Shown here piece after piece: positions 35,201 to 46,900 of a stretch of 64,000 nt of DNA. The notes beneath the pieces were generated by a model, which ran no database searches, had not been told where the DNA came from, and worked only from the letters and a program-made list of their open reading frames with translations. The DNA comes from Cyanophora paradoxa CCMP329 (taxonomy: Eukaryota > Plantae > Glaucophyta), in the NCBI GenBank assembly GCA_004431415.1, contig QPMI01000453.1, positions 186,001 to 250,000 of the forward strand, given 5' to 3'. Position 1 is the first letter of the stretch; each line of letters begins with the position of its first letter. The translations under genes and the position numbers were made by a program.

Positions 35201-38200
35201 CACGGATTTGTTGCGGCTCCCCGACACGATCCACCGCCCGTCCTGTGCATGCGCCCCGCCGCCACGCCCCATCGAGTCAGCGCCCCTCGAGCTCTGCCAG
35301 GCTCTGACGTCGCCCTGCTCCCCTCCGGACCCGCCCGCATGCCTCTGGATCTCGGTCCTGGCTCGGGGCCCCGGCCCGGGCCCTTCGTCTCTTTTGCTCC
35401 CCGCGGGGCGCCCCGTGGCGCTATCCCCTCGCCCTCTCTGCCTGCCTCAGCCTAGCACTGGCTTCCCGCCCTGCGCACCGCCGAGACCGCCACGGATGTC
35501 ACATAGCGAGTGTGGCCCTGCAGCTGCAGCAGCTCCGCCCCCGTCTCCGCGTCCCACACCCGCACCGATTTGTCCTTGCTCCCCGACACGATCCGCCGCC
35601 CGTCCTGCGCCCCGCCGCCACACCTGGCGAGTCAGCGCCCCTCCGCCAGGCTCCGACGTTGCCCCGCTCCCCTCCGGACCCGCCCGCATGCCTCTGGATC
35701 TCGGTCCTGGCTCGGGGCCCCGGCCCCGGCCCTTCGCCTCTATTGCTACCTGCGGGCGCCCCGCGCCGCCATCCCCTCGCGCTCTCTGCCCGCCTCAGCC
35801 TAGCACTGGCTCCCCGCCCTGCGCACCGCCGAGACCGCCACCGAAAGGACTTTGCTGGTGTGGCCCTGCAGCTGCAGCAGCTCTGCCCCCGTATCCGCGT
35901 CCCACACCCGCACCGAGTTGTCCCAGTTCCCCGACACGATCCGCTGCCCGTCCTGCGCCCGCCTCAGAAACTGGACGCAAGCATATGCATCTGAGCTCTT
36001 CAACGACGAAAGTGTACCGGCAGCCACGCCACGGCGTTCACTTGATCGGGATGCATCATTGGGGGCCACTGCGGGATTCGGCAGCCTTGCAGGCGGGCCC
36101 CTCGGAGGTCGGCGCCCGCGAGGCACGCCTCGGCGAGCAAGCAGCCGTGCATGTCGGCCCCCCGCAGGTCCGCCCCGGCCCCCTCCAGGCGCCACAGGTT
36201 CGCCTTCGGGACCCGCACGCCACGCAGGTCCCTCCCCGCCAGCGAGAAGTGCGCTGCACACGTACAGCGTAAGGAGAACGGAGAAGCCATGCGAAGAGGG
36301 CGGCCGCGGCCCACCCGCAACGAGCACTGTCGCGGCGTTGGCGGCCGCGAGGACCGCCGGCACGCCGTCGCCATCCCCCGCGGCGTGGCGGCTCTGCTCC
36401 ACGAGGCGCAGCAGCGCGTCTCCGGCTCCCATTGCCGGCTCGTGCTGCACAGCCTCCGCCAGGAAGCGGACGAGGGTCGTCTCCTCCACGATGCTCCTGC
36501 TCCCGCCCGTGTCGGGCAGAACGTGTAAATGAAAATACAACGATGTGTGCATACCGCGTGGAGAAGCTTATCGCCACGTCCTCCTCTGCCGACTCCTCGC
36601 TCCCATCCGACAGCTGCGACCGCGGGTGCTATCAAAAGAAGACAGCGGCGCCCTGGGCAGACCGCGGGCGGGCGCACCGAGTCAAGGAGGGCCTCGGCGA
36701 CGAGGAACTCGCCGAGGGTCTTGTGGAGGAACGCGAAGCCGAGCGCGCCGCCCGCCCGCCACCGCCGCAGCGGGCAGCTGCCGCCCGCCCCGCCTGCTCG
36801 CCCGATGCGAGCCCGTGCTTTCAAGATCCCGCGCACCTGTTCCGCACGAACAGCGTCGAGCCGTCGCCGAGCAGCCGCTCGCACGCGAGCTGGTCTGCGT
36901 CGGCGGGGCCGCCGGCCGTGGCGGTCCCTCCGCCATCGCCCCCGCGACGGCCGGCGTGCTTCGGCGTGATCACGGCCTGGCTCGCCCCCATCTGCGCCAA
37001 CACTGGTCAGCAACAAAAGCGGCGCTGTTCGAAAGAGACACCGGCGCGCACGCGGAAGAGGAGAGCGGCAAATTTCCGGCAGAGATCGTACCCGGCCTCC
37101 AGCAGGGCCCCTTCCTCGGGACGATCTGGGGCGGGGCGATCTGCACCGGAGGGGCGGGAGAGAGCACGGAACGGATCGACGTTGCAGGCCCGCACCGCCC
37201 TTCTCCGACGACGGCGCGCCCCGCTCCAGCTCCCGCCGCAGCCTGCAGCTGCCCCGTGAGCGTTGGCCTTGGGCCGCCGAGCAGGGAGCGCGGGGCGCGC
37301 GCCAGTCCTCGATGAAGCTCCGGTAGAGCTCCCGGGAGCGCAGGGCCTGCGGCTGCCCCTCCCTGCGCGCGCCCCTGGCCCCGTCGGCTCGCGGTTGGGC
37401 CGGCGGCGGCGGCGGCCCGCGCACCGGCCGGCGCTTTCGGCGGCGCGGGAGGGGAGGACGCGGGCGAGGAGGGACAGGGTGAAGGGGTTCTCGACGAGGG
37501 CGGCGAGGCCCGGCGTGCGCCGCAGCTCCTCGGCGTAGCGCTCGAAGGGCCACGCGCCCTCCTCCCGCCCGTGCAGCAGCACGTACTTGCCCAGGAACTC
37601 CTCCACCTGCGCGCCCCGACGCGCACGCGATCAGGCGCGCGCGCGGCGGGCCGGGCCGGGTCGGGGCGGGGGTGCCCGCCTGGCCCCGCGAGAAGGGGAG
37701 CGTCGCGAGCTGCCGGAGCCGCGCGACGTCGGGCGCGTCGCCGCTGACGACCGGCGCGAACAGGTTCTGCGCAGCGCTCAGCGACTTCGACTGCGGGACG
37801 GCGCAGTCCGGGCCGACCTCCGGCTTGGCGGTGTCCAGCGAGGCGAGGTACTCGGTGCGGCAGGAGACGAAGGCGCCGCTCGCCCAGTCCCCGATCTTGT
37901 TCGTCTTCCACAGGTTCTCCTTCTCGCCCGTCTGCGCCGGCGGCGCGTGAGCGCGGGGGGGGTGGGAGGGGAGGGGCGGCGGGCGGGCCTCGTCGTAGCC
38001 GTCGAGGAGGAGCACGAGGCCGAAGCGGCGCCGGAGGGCCGGCAGCTCGCCGCTGGGCACGCCGAGCCGCCCGGCGACGAACTCGCGCAGGCCGCGCCGC
38101 GGGCCGCCGGGCTCGCCGACGAGCTCCGGCAGCGGCACGAGCACCGTCGCGGGGCAGTCGGCCGGCTGCTCGCCCCGCGCCCAGAGGCGGCACGCCTCGC

Positions 38201-41200
38201 GGTGCAGGAAGCGCGTGAAGGTCGTCTTGCTCGTGCCTGCGCGCGACGCGAGCCGCGGCCTCGGGATCGGGACGCGCTCTGCAGCCCGCCGCGCCCCGCC
38301 CGCGCACCGGCGTCGCCGAGCAGCAGCAGCACGCGGTGCTTCGCCGAGCGGAAGGCCTCCGCGCCGCCGCCGGCCGCGGCCGCGGGCGGCGGCTGCGGGC
38401 CGGGGGCGAACTGGCGGAGGAAGGCGGCGGCCTCGTCGTGGAGGTCGAGCTGCTTCTTGGCGCGGTCGGCGGCCCTGGGCGGCACGTACGCCGCAAGGCC
38501 CGTCGCGAGGTCGTCCCGCTCCAGCTCCCCCGCACGTACTGCCCCGCCCCCGCCCTCAGCCCCGCCGCCCGCGCGGCTCGGGTCGGGGCCGGCGGGCGCG
38601 CGGCGGCCGACCTTCACGAGGGGCCCGAGGAGCGGGTCGTTCGGGATCTCCGCCTCGTGGCTCTGCGCCGCGGCAGTCGCCGGTGGCCGCGGGCGGCGCG
38701 CGCACGGAACGCGGCGCACCAGAGCGACGCTGTCGGTCGCGTCCTTGCCGTGGGCGGCGTCGGCGTCGGCGCCGCCGGCGATGCGCGCGGCGATCGCCTC
38801 GGCGGCGGCGGCGGCGGCGTCCTGCTCGAGGGCGCAGCGCGGGAAGCGGCGCAGGCGCATCGCCAGCGCCGCTGAGGCGCTCTTCGCCACGGCCTCGCCG
38901 TCCTGCCGCGCCGGCCGGCCCGCGGCCCGTCAGGACCGGAGCGCACGGGGCCGGGAGCCTAAGGGCGGGGCGGGGGCGGACCTCAAGGTAACAGACGACG
39001 ATGCGCCGCTCGAGGTCGTACGCGTACGCGAACTCCTCTGCGGCGGCCCGTCGGCGCGCAGCGGCGGCGGCGGCGGCGGAGGGCGCACCGCCGCAGTACT
39101 GTGAGGCGACGGACTTGGCCGACGCAAAGAAGACGAGGTGCGTGCAGTTGCGCACGGCGCGCGCCACTGCCGCCGCGGCCTCAGCGGCGGGCAGAGTTGA
39201 TAGGGGGGGTGGAGGGGGGGGGGGTGTAGGGGGAGAGGGCCGCGTTGGGGGGGGGGGGGGGGGGCGGGGTAGGAGGAAGGGGAAGGGGAAGGGGGGAAGG
39301 GGGGAACGGGGGAAGGGGGGAGGGGAGAGGGGTAAGTAGAGGGGGGAAAGCTCAGCCCTTGCGCGGGCGGGTGAGAGGAGGGGGAAAGAGGGGGCGAGCG
39401 CGGGTGGGAGGGGGCCTAGGGGAGGGGGAAAGGAGGGTGCGGGCGGGGGAGGGGAGGGGGCGAAACGGGTGCGCCTCCGGGGAAAGAGGGGGAGGGGGAA
39501 ACGGTGGGGTGGGGAGGCGGAGGGAGGGAGGGGGGAAGAAGGAGGGGAGTGGGGAGCTCGGGTAGCTTGAGGGAATGGGGAGGGGGGAGGGGAGAGGGAC
39601 GGGTGGGGGGCGGGTAGGGGGTACCCTCGTCGACCCAGCGCATGCCTGCCTTCGGAGTCAGAGCGCGCGAGCGCAAGCGCACTTGCGCAATGAACTGAGA
39701 GGCCGCACCGGCAGTGAGCTGCATCTCGTCGAACCTGCGGCAGCGACGGGGGCCCGCGGCCGTCGGCGGCGGCGAGGCGGACGAAGGGGCGAGGGCGGGC
39801 GGGGCGGGGCCGGGCCGGGGGCGCACCAGCAGGAGAGGCCCCGGGCGAGCAGCGCGTCCTTCACAGCCCGCACTCTGACCGCGTCCGCGTGCGCTGCGCC
39901 GCCCACCGCCGGCGTCGGCGCCGCGCCGCGCCGACTGCCGCGCGGACGAGGGGCGCAGGGCACACCGTACGAGATGAAGACGCGCGTCGCGGGGGCGTCG
40001 GCCGGCAGCTCGCCGCGCGACCAGGCGGGGCCCGGCGGCTCCTGCTCCCGCCCCTCGTCCGCCGGCCCATCCGCAGGGCCCGCGCGGCGCGGCCCTCGGC
40101 GCCGGGCGCCGCCGCCGGGCGCCGCCGGCGGGCGACGCGCTGCAGCGCATCGGCGAAGGCTTCGATGCGGGTGTCGTAGCCGGCCTCGCCGGGCCGCCCG
40201 ATGGGCCGCGTCCACTGGAACTGGCGCAGGCGCATGTCGAGGCCGCCGGGCGCCGCCGCCAGCGCCGCCTCCGGCTGCTCCACGAAGACGGGGAGCACGT
40301 CGCAGCCGCCGTCGATCGCTGCCGCCCCGCCGCCGCCCGCGTCGGCCCCGGACGCCGCGGGGCGGGGCGGGCGGGGCGCGGGGGGCGGGGCGGGGGACCG
40401 TCGTTGAGGGCTTCGAGGCACGCATCGTCGACGACGGAGGCCGCCGAGGCGAGGAAGAGGAACGCGGCGCACTCGCACGCCCCGCCGCCCCCGCCGCACC
40501 CCTCCAGCACCCCGCCCCGCCCCCGCCCCGCCGCTGGAAAGGGGCCGGTCAGCTCGCGGGGCGCGGGGCGGGGCGCGGGGCGGGGCGCGGGGCGCGGGGG
40601 CGGGGCGGGGCGGGCGCGCCAGAGGCCGAGGCCGTAGTCCTCGCGCAGGTCCGCCAGCAGCTCCCCCGCCCGCCGCACGTCCGCCGCCGTCCCGCACACG
40701 TGCGCCCACGCCCCCTCCGCCTCGCCGCCCGGCCCCCGCCGCCGCCCCGCCGCCGGCTCGAGCTCCCCCCGCCCGCGGGGCCCCGCGGCGCCTTCGTCTG
40801 CTCGCCCGCCCCGCGCGCGTGGGCCGGGGCCGAGCGGACCGCCCCGGGGCACGGGGGGCACCTTCCCCATCGCCCGTTTCCATCGCGGCGGACTCGGCTC
40901 CTGCCTGTGCGTCCGCATCCGCTGGTCGCACCGGCGGCACCTCTTGAGGGAGCGGCTGTAGCGTGCCCGTGGTCTCTGAGGATGGCTCACGATCAGACGC
41001 GCGGCCTCCATCGGCGGGCCACGCGCACGCGTACGCACCCGCGGCCGGGGGCGGCAGAAGGTGCAGCCTTGCGGCGGGCGCGGCGGTCGCCGACGAAGGC
41101 ACTTGTACTGCGGCCGCGGCCGGTTTCGACGACGGCGGCTGATCATCATCATGAAGGTGCGCGGCCGCGGGCGCCTTCGCTGGCGGCCGCGGTACCGATG

Positions 41201-41456
41201 GAACAGAAGCTGCGCGAAGGACATTGTAAGCTCTCGGACCATGGCCAGCCCCGCATCTGATCATGACGCTTTGACCGCAATGCATTTGCATGCGCACCCG
41301 AACCGTCCGCTGGGGAGGCTGCAGCTGCAGGGGCCGCGGGCGCGCCTCGCACGCCTTCAGAACTCGAAGCACCGCAGCCCCTGCGCGATGTGCGGCCGCG
41401 GGTTGGCGTTCATGTTCATGATCACATGCGCATGCAAAATCGTGTCCGGCTCTCAC
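32233..41456 (-). CDS. NLR-like STAND protein, copy B: degenerate TIR + TIR + NACHT + pentapeptide + 9 WD40 exons (start uncertain; apparent 1-bp frameshifts at ~40059 and ~38530)
   Basis: Same exon/intron structure and motifs as copy A (SQYCG|EEF, GDA|[29 protein letters not shown], pentapeptides, [10 protein letters not shown]); stop at 32233-32235. Confidence 0.9.
32985..35952 (-). repeat. WD40 exon/intron tandem array of copy B: 9 units of ~355 bp
   Basis: 126-nt exons 35827-35952, 35479-35604, 35117-35242, 34762-34887, 34409-34534, 34053-34178, 33703-33828, 33347-33472, 32985-33110. Confidence 0.95.
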
Positions 41457-43976
41457 ATTCTCGTCCGGTCCGCCGGGAGCGCGAGTGATCGGCAGATGAA
41501 TTGGCTGAGCTGCTACCTGGCCCAGCTTCTCAGCTTCACAGCTTCCCGAATCCCGATTATATTAGCGATTCTGGGGTATCCAAGAGTCAGTCAGAGGAGA
41601 GTTGTACCCCCCATCAAGCTGTCTCCCGAAGAGTGTTGCATCGCCGAGTCGGGGGCCCGACTCGGGGCACGGACATCGGAACGAGGATGCTAAACGCGCT
41701 GGAGGAGAGCTTTGGCAGCGCAGCGTGCGGACGCAGGAATCGATGCGCCGAGCAACGATCGTGGCCAGCTCGAGCCGCGCGCATGCGCACGTGAAAAGCT
41801 CTGCGCTGGCTGGTCCCGGCCGCGCGCTCCGAGGCGCGTGCGCGACGCGCCGGCGGCTCTTGTTAACGTTCTGCGTCTGCAGCTGGAATGGAGATGCCGC
41901 GGAGCCCCTTCCTCGCCCGCTCCTCCGAGGCTCGGCCGCCGTTTGCGCTCTCCCGGCCCGCGAGCCGCTGAGCGCCGGCCGCCGCGGGAATCTCCTCCTT
42001 CTCCGAGCAGTGCGCCCTACCTCCCCGTCCTACCCGTCCGACGCTTTATCCCTCTTTCTTTTCTGACGCTCCTCGGGCTCGTAGGCGGGACGACGTGCAC
42101 CCCGGCCCCGTACCTGCACTCCTGCGCCGGATCCATCCCGGTACCCTCCCTGCAGCCCTGTACCCCCTCCGCTAACTCCGGATTCACCCCCCCCCTCTCC
42201 CGCAGATTGCCTAGCGGCGGCGCAGGCAGGCCTGCTCAGGGGCGCGTGCGACTGTACCTGCGCCCCTCCGAAGCCGTACCCCTCCCAGGTCCTTCTCGAC
42301 GGGGCGCGAACCCGTTGGACTAGCGCTCTCTCCCGGCACTGTACCCCTGCTCCAACCTGTGCGCTCGCACCTGCCCCCCCTCTCCCCCCTCCCCCGCCCC
42401 CCTCTTTCCTTCTCCCTCTCCCTCAATGCCGGCGCCTGCTAATCTGTTTCGGATTCCCCCCGCCGCCCTGACCCCCCCTGCAGGTTCAGATCTGAGCCGC
42501 GGGCTCGCCCTCGCCTCATCGCCCCCTGGCCGCCCTCGCCGCCCCCCGCCGGGGGCGCCCCGGCGAACCCGCCGCCGCCCCTCGTCCCTCCACGCTGCCC
42601 GGCCGCCGCCGGCCCGCCGCCGGCCCGCCGCCGGCGCCGACGGGGAGGCCCGGGGGCGCCCCCGCCCGCGGCCGGCCTCGGACCCGGCGGCCGCCCCCGC
42701 CCCGCCCCGCGCCCGCGCCCCCGCCCTCGGCGCCGGCGCCGGCGAGACCCGCCAGGGCGAAGCAGGCCCGCAGAGGGCCGCACCTCGCTCGCCCCTGCCG
42801 TCCGGCGCCCCGTCCCTATGCCCGCAGCGCCTCCCGGTGCCGTACCCCTCCTGAGGGAACAGGCCCGCTCGAGCTCTCCGTACCCGATTTTAGAAATCCA
42901 ACAGCCTTCGTTCGAACTCGTTTCTTCCTGACGAGTCTGCAGCTGATGGAGAGCCGCACGCGTACCCCAGAGGCCGTCGCTCGTTCAGGAGACCTGAACA
43001 CGTACCCCGTCCCCCCCCCCCCCGGTCCCAACCACGCCCCATCCCCGCGGCAGGCCGCCGGCGTCTCTCTTCGAAACAGGACCGGCGCCAGCGCACGGGC
43101 GGGCCACGCCTGGCGCCGCCCTCTCGCTCGCGGGCGGCTGCGGGGCCCACGCGCTGGAGGGGGCGCGGGGCGGCGCGCCGGTCCCCGGCCCCGCCGCGCC
43201 CTCGCAGTCGCCTGGGCTGCAGCCCGGCCCCGACCCGGCCTGGCCCGCCCCGGCCCGCCCCGGCCCGCCCGGCCCGGCCCGGCCCCGTCCTGCGCCACCC
43301 ACCGCGCCACTGGCGTCAGCGCCAGCACCGGAGGCGCCGGAGGGATCCGGGGCCAGCCGCGCGGGGCTCCTGCGGGTCTGCGCCGGGCCGGCCGGTGGGC
43401 CCCCTCCCAGCCGCCCCGGGCCCGGGCCCCCCCCGCGCCCCGGCCTCGCTTCCCGCCCCTCGAGATCGCCCCCCCCCCCCCCCCCCCCGGGCCCCTCCCA
43501 GCCGCCCCCGCGCCCCGACGCGCCGGCCCGCCCGTCTCCGCGCACCCTCCCTTCCCCCGCCCCCGCCTCCTCCTCCCCCCCCCCCTGCCCGCCCCCCCCC
43601 CCCCCCCCCGTCCCCCCATTTTTGAGCTCGAGCAGAGTGGATTCCAGTTCATGATCATGATCAACGGCTAGCCAAGAACTTCGGAACAGCCAGGCTGTAC
43701 AAAAGGGCTACTCGCCTACTAGGCTAGCTATAGGGCTAGGCCTAGGATTCTAGGCAGTCCGCAACTATGTATTCGTAGAAATTGAAGTGCCATGATTGAA
43801 TCTCGCCCATCGGCATGCCATGATGGTCCGACTTGCGCAAATGCATGCGCATGCGCTGCAGCGAACTCGTGGTTTGTAGCCGGTTGTGTTGGTCAGTTAT
43901 CGCAGGGAACAGCGCTGGCATTGCACATAGCGGTGCGGATGAATTCAAAAACGGGAGCCATACTGCACATCGGGTC

Positions 43977-46900
43977 TCATGGGGGCTGGGCGAGCAGGCG
44001 GGGCGGGGGCGGGGTAGGGGAGAGCCCGGCGCCGGCGCCTCCCAGGAGGGCCGGGGGTACGAGCCCGTCCGCCTGCGCCTCGTCGGCGCGCTCCGAGTAC
44101 CGGAGTGTGTCCATCGCGGAAACGAAGTCGCCTGTACCCGGGCCCGCCGAGCGGAGGCGCCGAACCTGTACCCAAGCCAGACCGCCCCGAGGCGCGTTAG
44201 GGTGAAAGTAGTAAAATCAAATGAAAGAAGATATAGAGCATTAGGCAGGCTCGAGAACTAATTATAAGCATCGAGCTCGAGCCGGGCCGCCCGCGTGCGC
44301 CAGGGTGAGAGCGGCGGATCTAGAGAGGGGGGGAGAGCCCTGTAGCCCTCGCTTGCTATTTATAGCCGAACCCGACGCCTCCGCCGCGCCTGCGGGGGAC
44401 CTAGAACTAAACGGGGTTCCGAAATACCCCGCTCTGCTCCGATCCGGCCGGGCCGGAGGGGCGAGACGGACCTGGAGCCAGGCGGGGCGCGGGGCCGGGT
44501 GCCGGGCCTCCCAGGCCCGCCGCTCCCACTCCGGCTCCAGCAGCCGCTGCATCTGCGCGAAGCGAAACCTTAAAGAGTTATAATTAATATTATAGGAAAT
44601 GGCTCTTAAGCGAACAGGTTCTGATAGGGAATGGCTCTTAAGCGAACATGTTTATAGATTGTTCTTATAGGAAATGGCTCTTTAGCGAACAGGTTCTTAT
44701 AGGAAATAGCTCTTAAGCGCGCACGAGGGCGTCCTGGGGGTGGAGGGTGGAGGCGGCGAGGCCGGGGCGGGGCCGCCCCCGGAGCAGCGCGAGCTCGCGC
44801 CCGCCCGGCGTGAGGGCCGCCCGGTACAGGAAGGATGCCCCCAGCGCCTCCGGCGGGCCCGCCGCGACCACCCCGAGCGCTGCGCCCGATCTATAATTAG
44901 CCGTCCGTAATTATAATCGAGCGCGCGCGCCGCCTCTCTCGCGAAGCTTGAGTTCACTAAATATGAGCGCCTAAATAAGCTAAAGCTTAACGCAGGAAGC
45001 CCCAGCGCCTCCAGCGGGCCCGCGGCGACGACCCTCGGGCCCCGGCCCGCCGGAAGGCCGGGTGCAGCTGGCAATCATGGCAAAGCGAAGAAAGAAATTA
45101 AGACCGGCGCACCGGCGAAGGGCTTGGCCCACTCGGGGTTGCGGAGCAGGCAGACCACCTGGCGGCAACGTTAGCGTTAGGCTCGGGAGGGCGTGGGAGG
45201 GCTTCTCAGAGCCTAAGATTGCAGTAAGCTGGGAGCATCCAGGCCGAGGGCGTGGAGGCGAAACGAGGGCGAGGCTAAGTTTAAGAGTATCTAAATTGCA
45301 TAGAAGCTAGATAAAGCTTAGGATTCTTGCATAAAGCTTAGGGAGGGGCGAAACATAGAGAGGCGAAACGAGGGCGAGGCTAAGCTCAAGAAGCTAAATC
45401 TATAGTAGCTAGATGAAGCTTCGGATTTCTTGAGCTTGGGCGCACGCACGCGGGCGAGGCCGAGGGCGTGGAGGGGGCACTCGACGTGGCTAAGCTTAAG
45501 AAGCTGGATCGCAAAGAAGCTGGATAAAGCTTAGGATTTCTTCATACGAGTCTAAGCTTAAGCTAAGCGTAAGCTCGGGCGCACCCGCGCGAGGCCGAGG
45601 GCGTGGAGGAGGTACTCTGCGACGGCGTGGTTCTCCCGGTCCGAGGGCAGCGCCAGCAGCGCCGCCTCCACGCCCCGCGGCCACACGTCCCCCGTCTGAG
45701 ATGAGGTCAGAACGGAAATTGGGGGGTACAATTGCAAGGCGTGCCGAGAGGGGGGGGGCGGGGAGGGGGGGGGGGGGGGAGGGGGGGGGCGCAACCTAGC
45801 ATCTAGCCTAGCATCTAGCCCAGCGCGCAAGAGCGCTAGAGCGAGATACAGGCGCTAAGCCCCCTGGCCGAGCCTCTTGTCTAGCCGCACCGGAGAACGC
45901 CGGGCGCGTGAGGTGCGGTCGGCGTACCCCCCCCTTAACTATTAAGCCTAGTCTCTCTAGCCTGCCCGCGGGGGCGGAGCAGCGTCCCCTCTAACCCGGC
46001 CTCTAGCCGCGCGGCTAGAGGCCGTGAGGCCCCGCGGCCTAGCCTAGAGATACCGCGGCCGGCCCGGCCTCCAGCCCCGCGGGCTCGGGGCGGGCGGACC
46101 TGCTCGGCGACCGCGGCGCACCCGCTAGCCTCTAGCCTAGCCTAGCCCGGACTCTAGCCGCGCGGGCTTGGGCTAAGCAAGCCTCTAAGCAAGCCCCGCG
46201 CGCTTAGCCGCGGGCCCGGCGGCACACCCTCCACCCTAGCCCAGCCTCCCCCGGCTCGGCCTTTATAGACGGGGAGGACGCTCGCCTTTCGTGACAATAG
46301 ACGGGACGGACCTGCTCAGCGACGGCCGCGACGAGGGCGGCAACGGCCGCCTCCCCGTCGTCCGCCTCGCCGGCCGCCCGCTCCGTCGGGTCCGCCCCCG
46401 CGTGCCGCGCCACGTCCAGCAGCCGCGGCGAGACGCCTCCGCACTGCTTCGATGAGATGAGACGAGAGGTTTGATAAGGGCCGGGGCGGGCGTACCCCGG
46501 GGGCGGGGGCGGGGCTCGCGGCCGAGAAATCGCAGAGGGGCTCGCGGCTCGCAGAGCGCGAGGGCGGGCGGGGCCCGGCGGCCCCTTTAAATTTGGCCTC
46601 CGGATCCGCCAGCGACGCGTCCGAGGGCGAGGGCGAGGGCGCGGGCGCGGGGGGCGCCGGCTTCCGATCCCTGCAGAGAAAGCGTGTCGAGTTAGGGACA
46701 TCGCAAACGGGAGGGCGGGCGGGCGGGAGGGCGGGCGGGAGGGCGGGCGGGAGGACGGTCTGGGTGGCCCGGCCCGCCCGCTCTCTCAGGCAGGGCCGGG
46801 CTCACGCGGGCCCCAGCTGGGCGGCGGCCATTCGAGGGACATCGCAAACGGGACCGGGCGCTAGAGTGCACCAGGCGGAGCTCGGCGGGCGGATCTAAAG

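Noticed and set aside
14948-41456. Diversity-generating retroelement as the source of WD40 variability
   Set aside because: No reverse transcriptase motif and no template/variable repeat pair in the window; the changes are not obviously adenine-specific.
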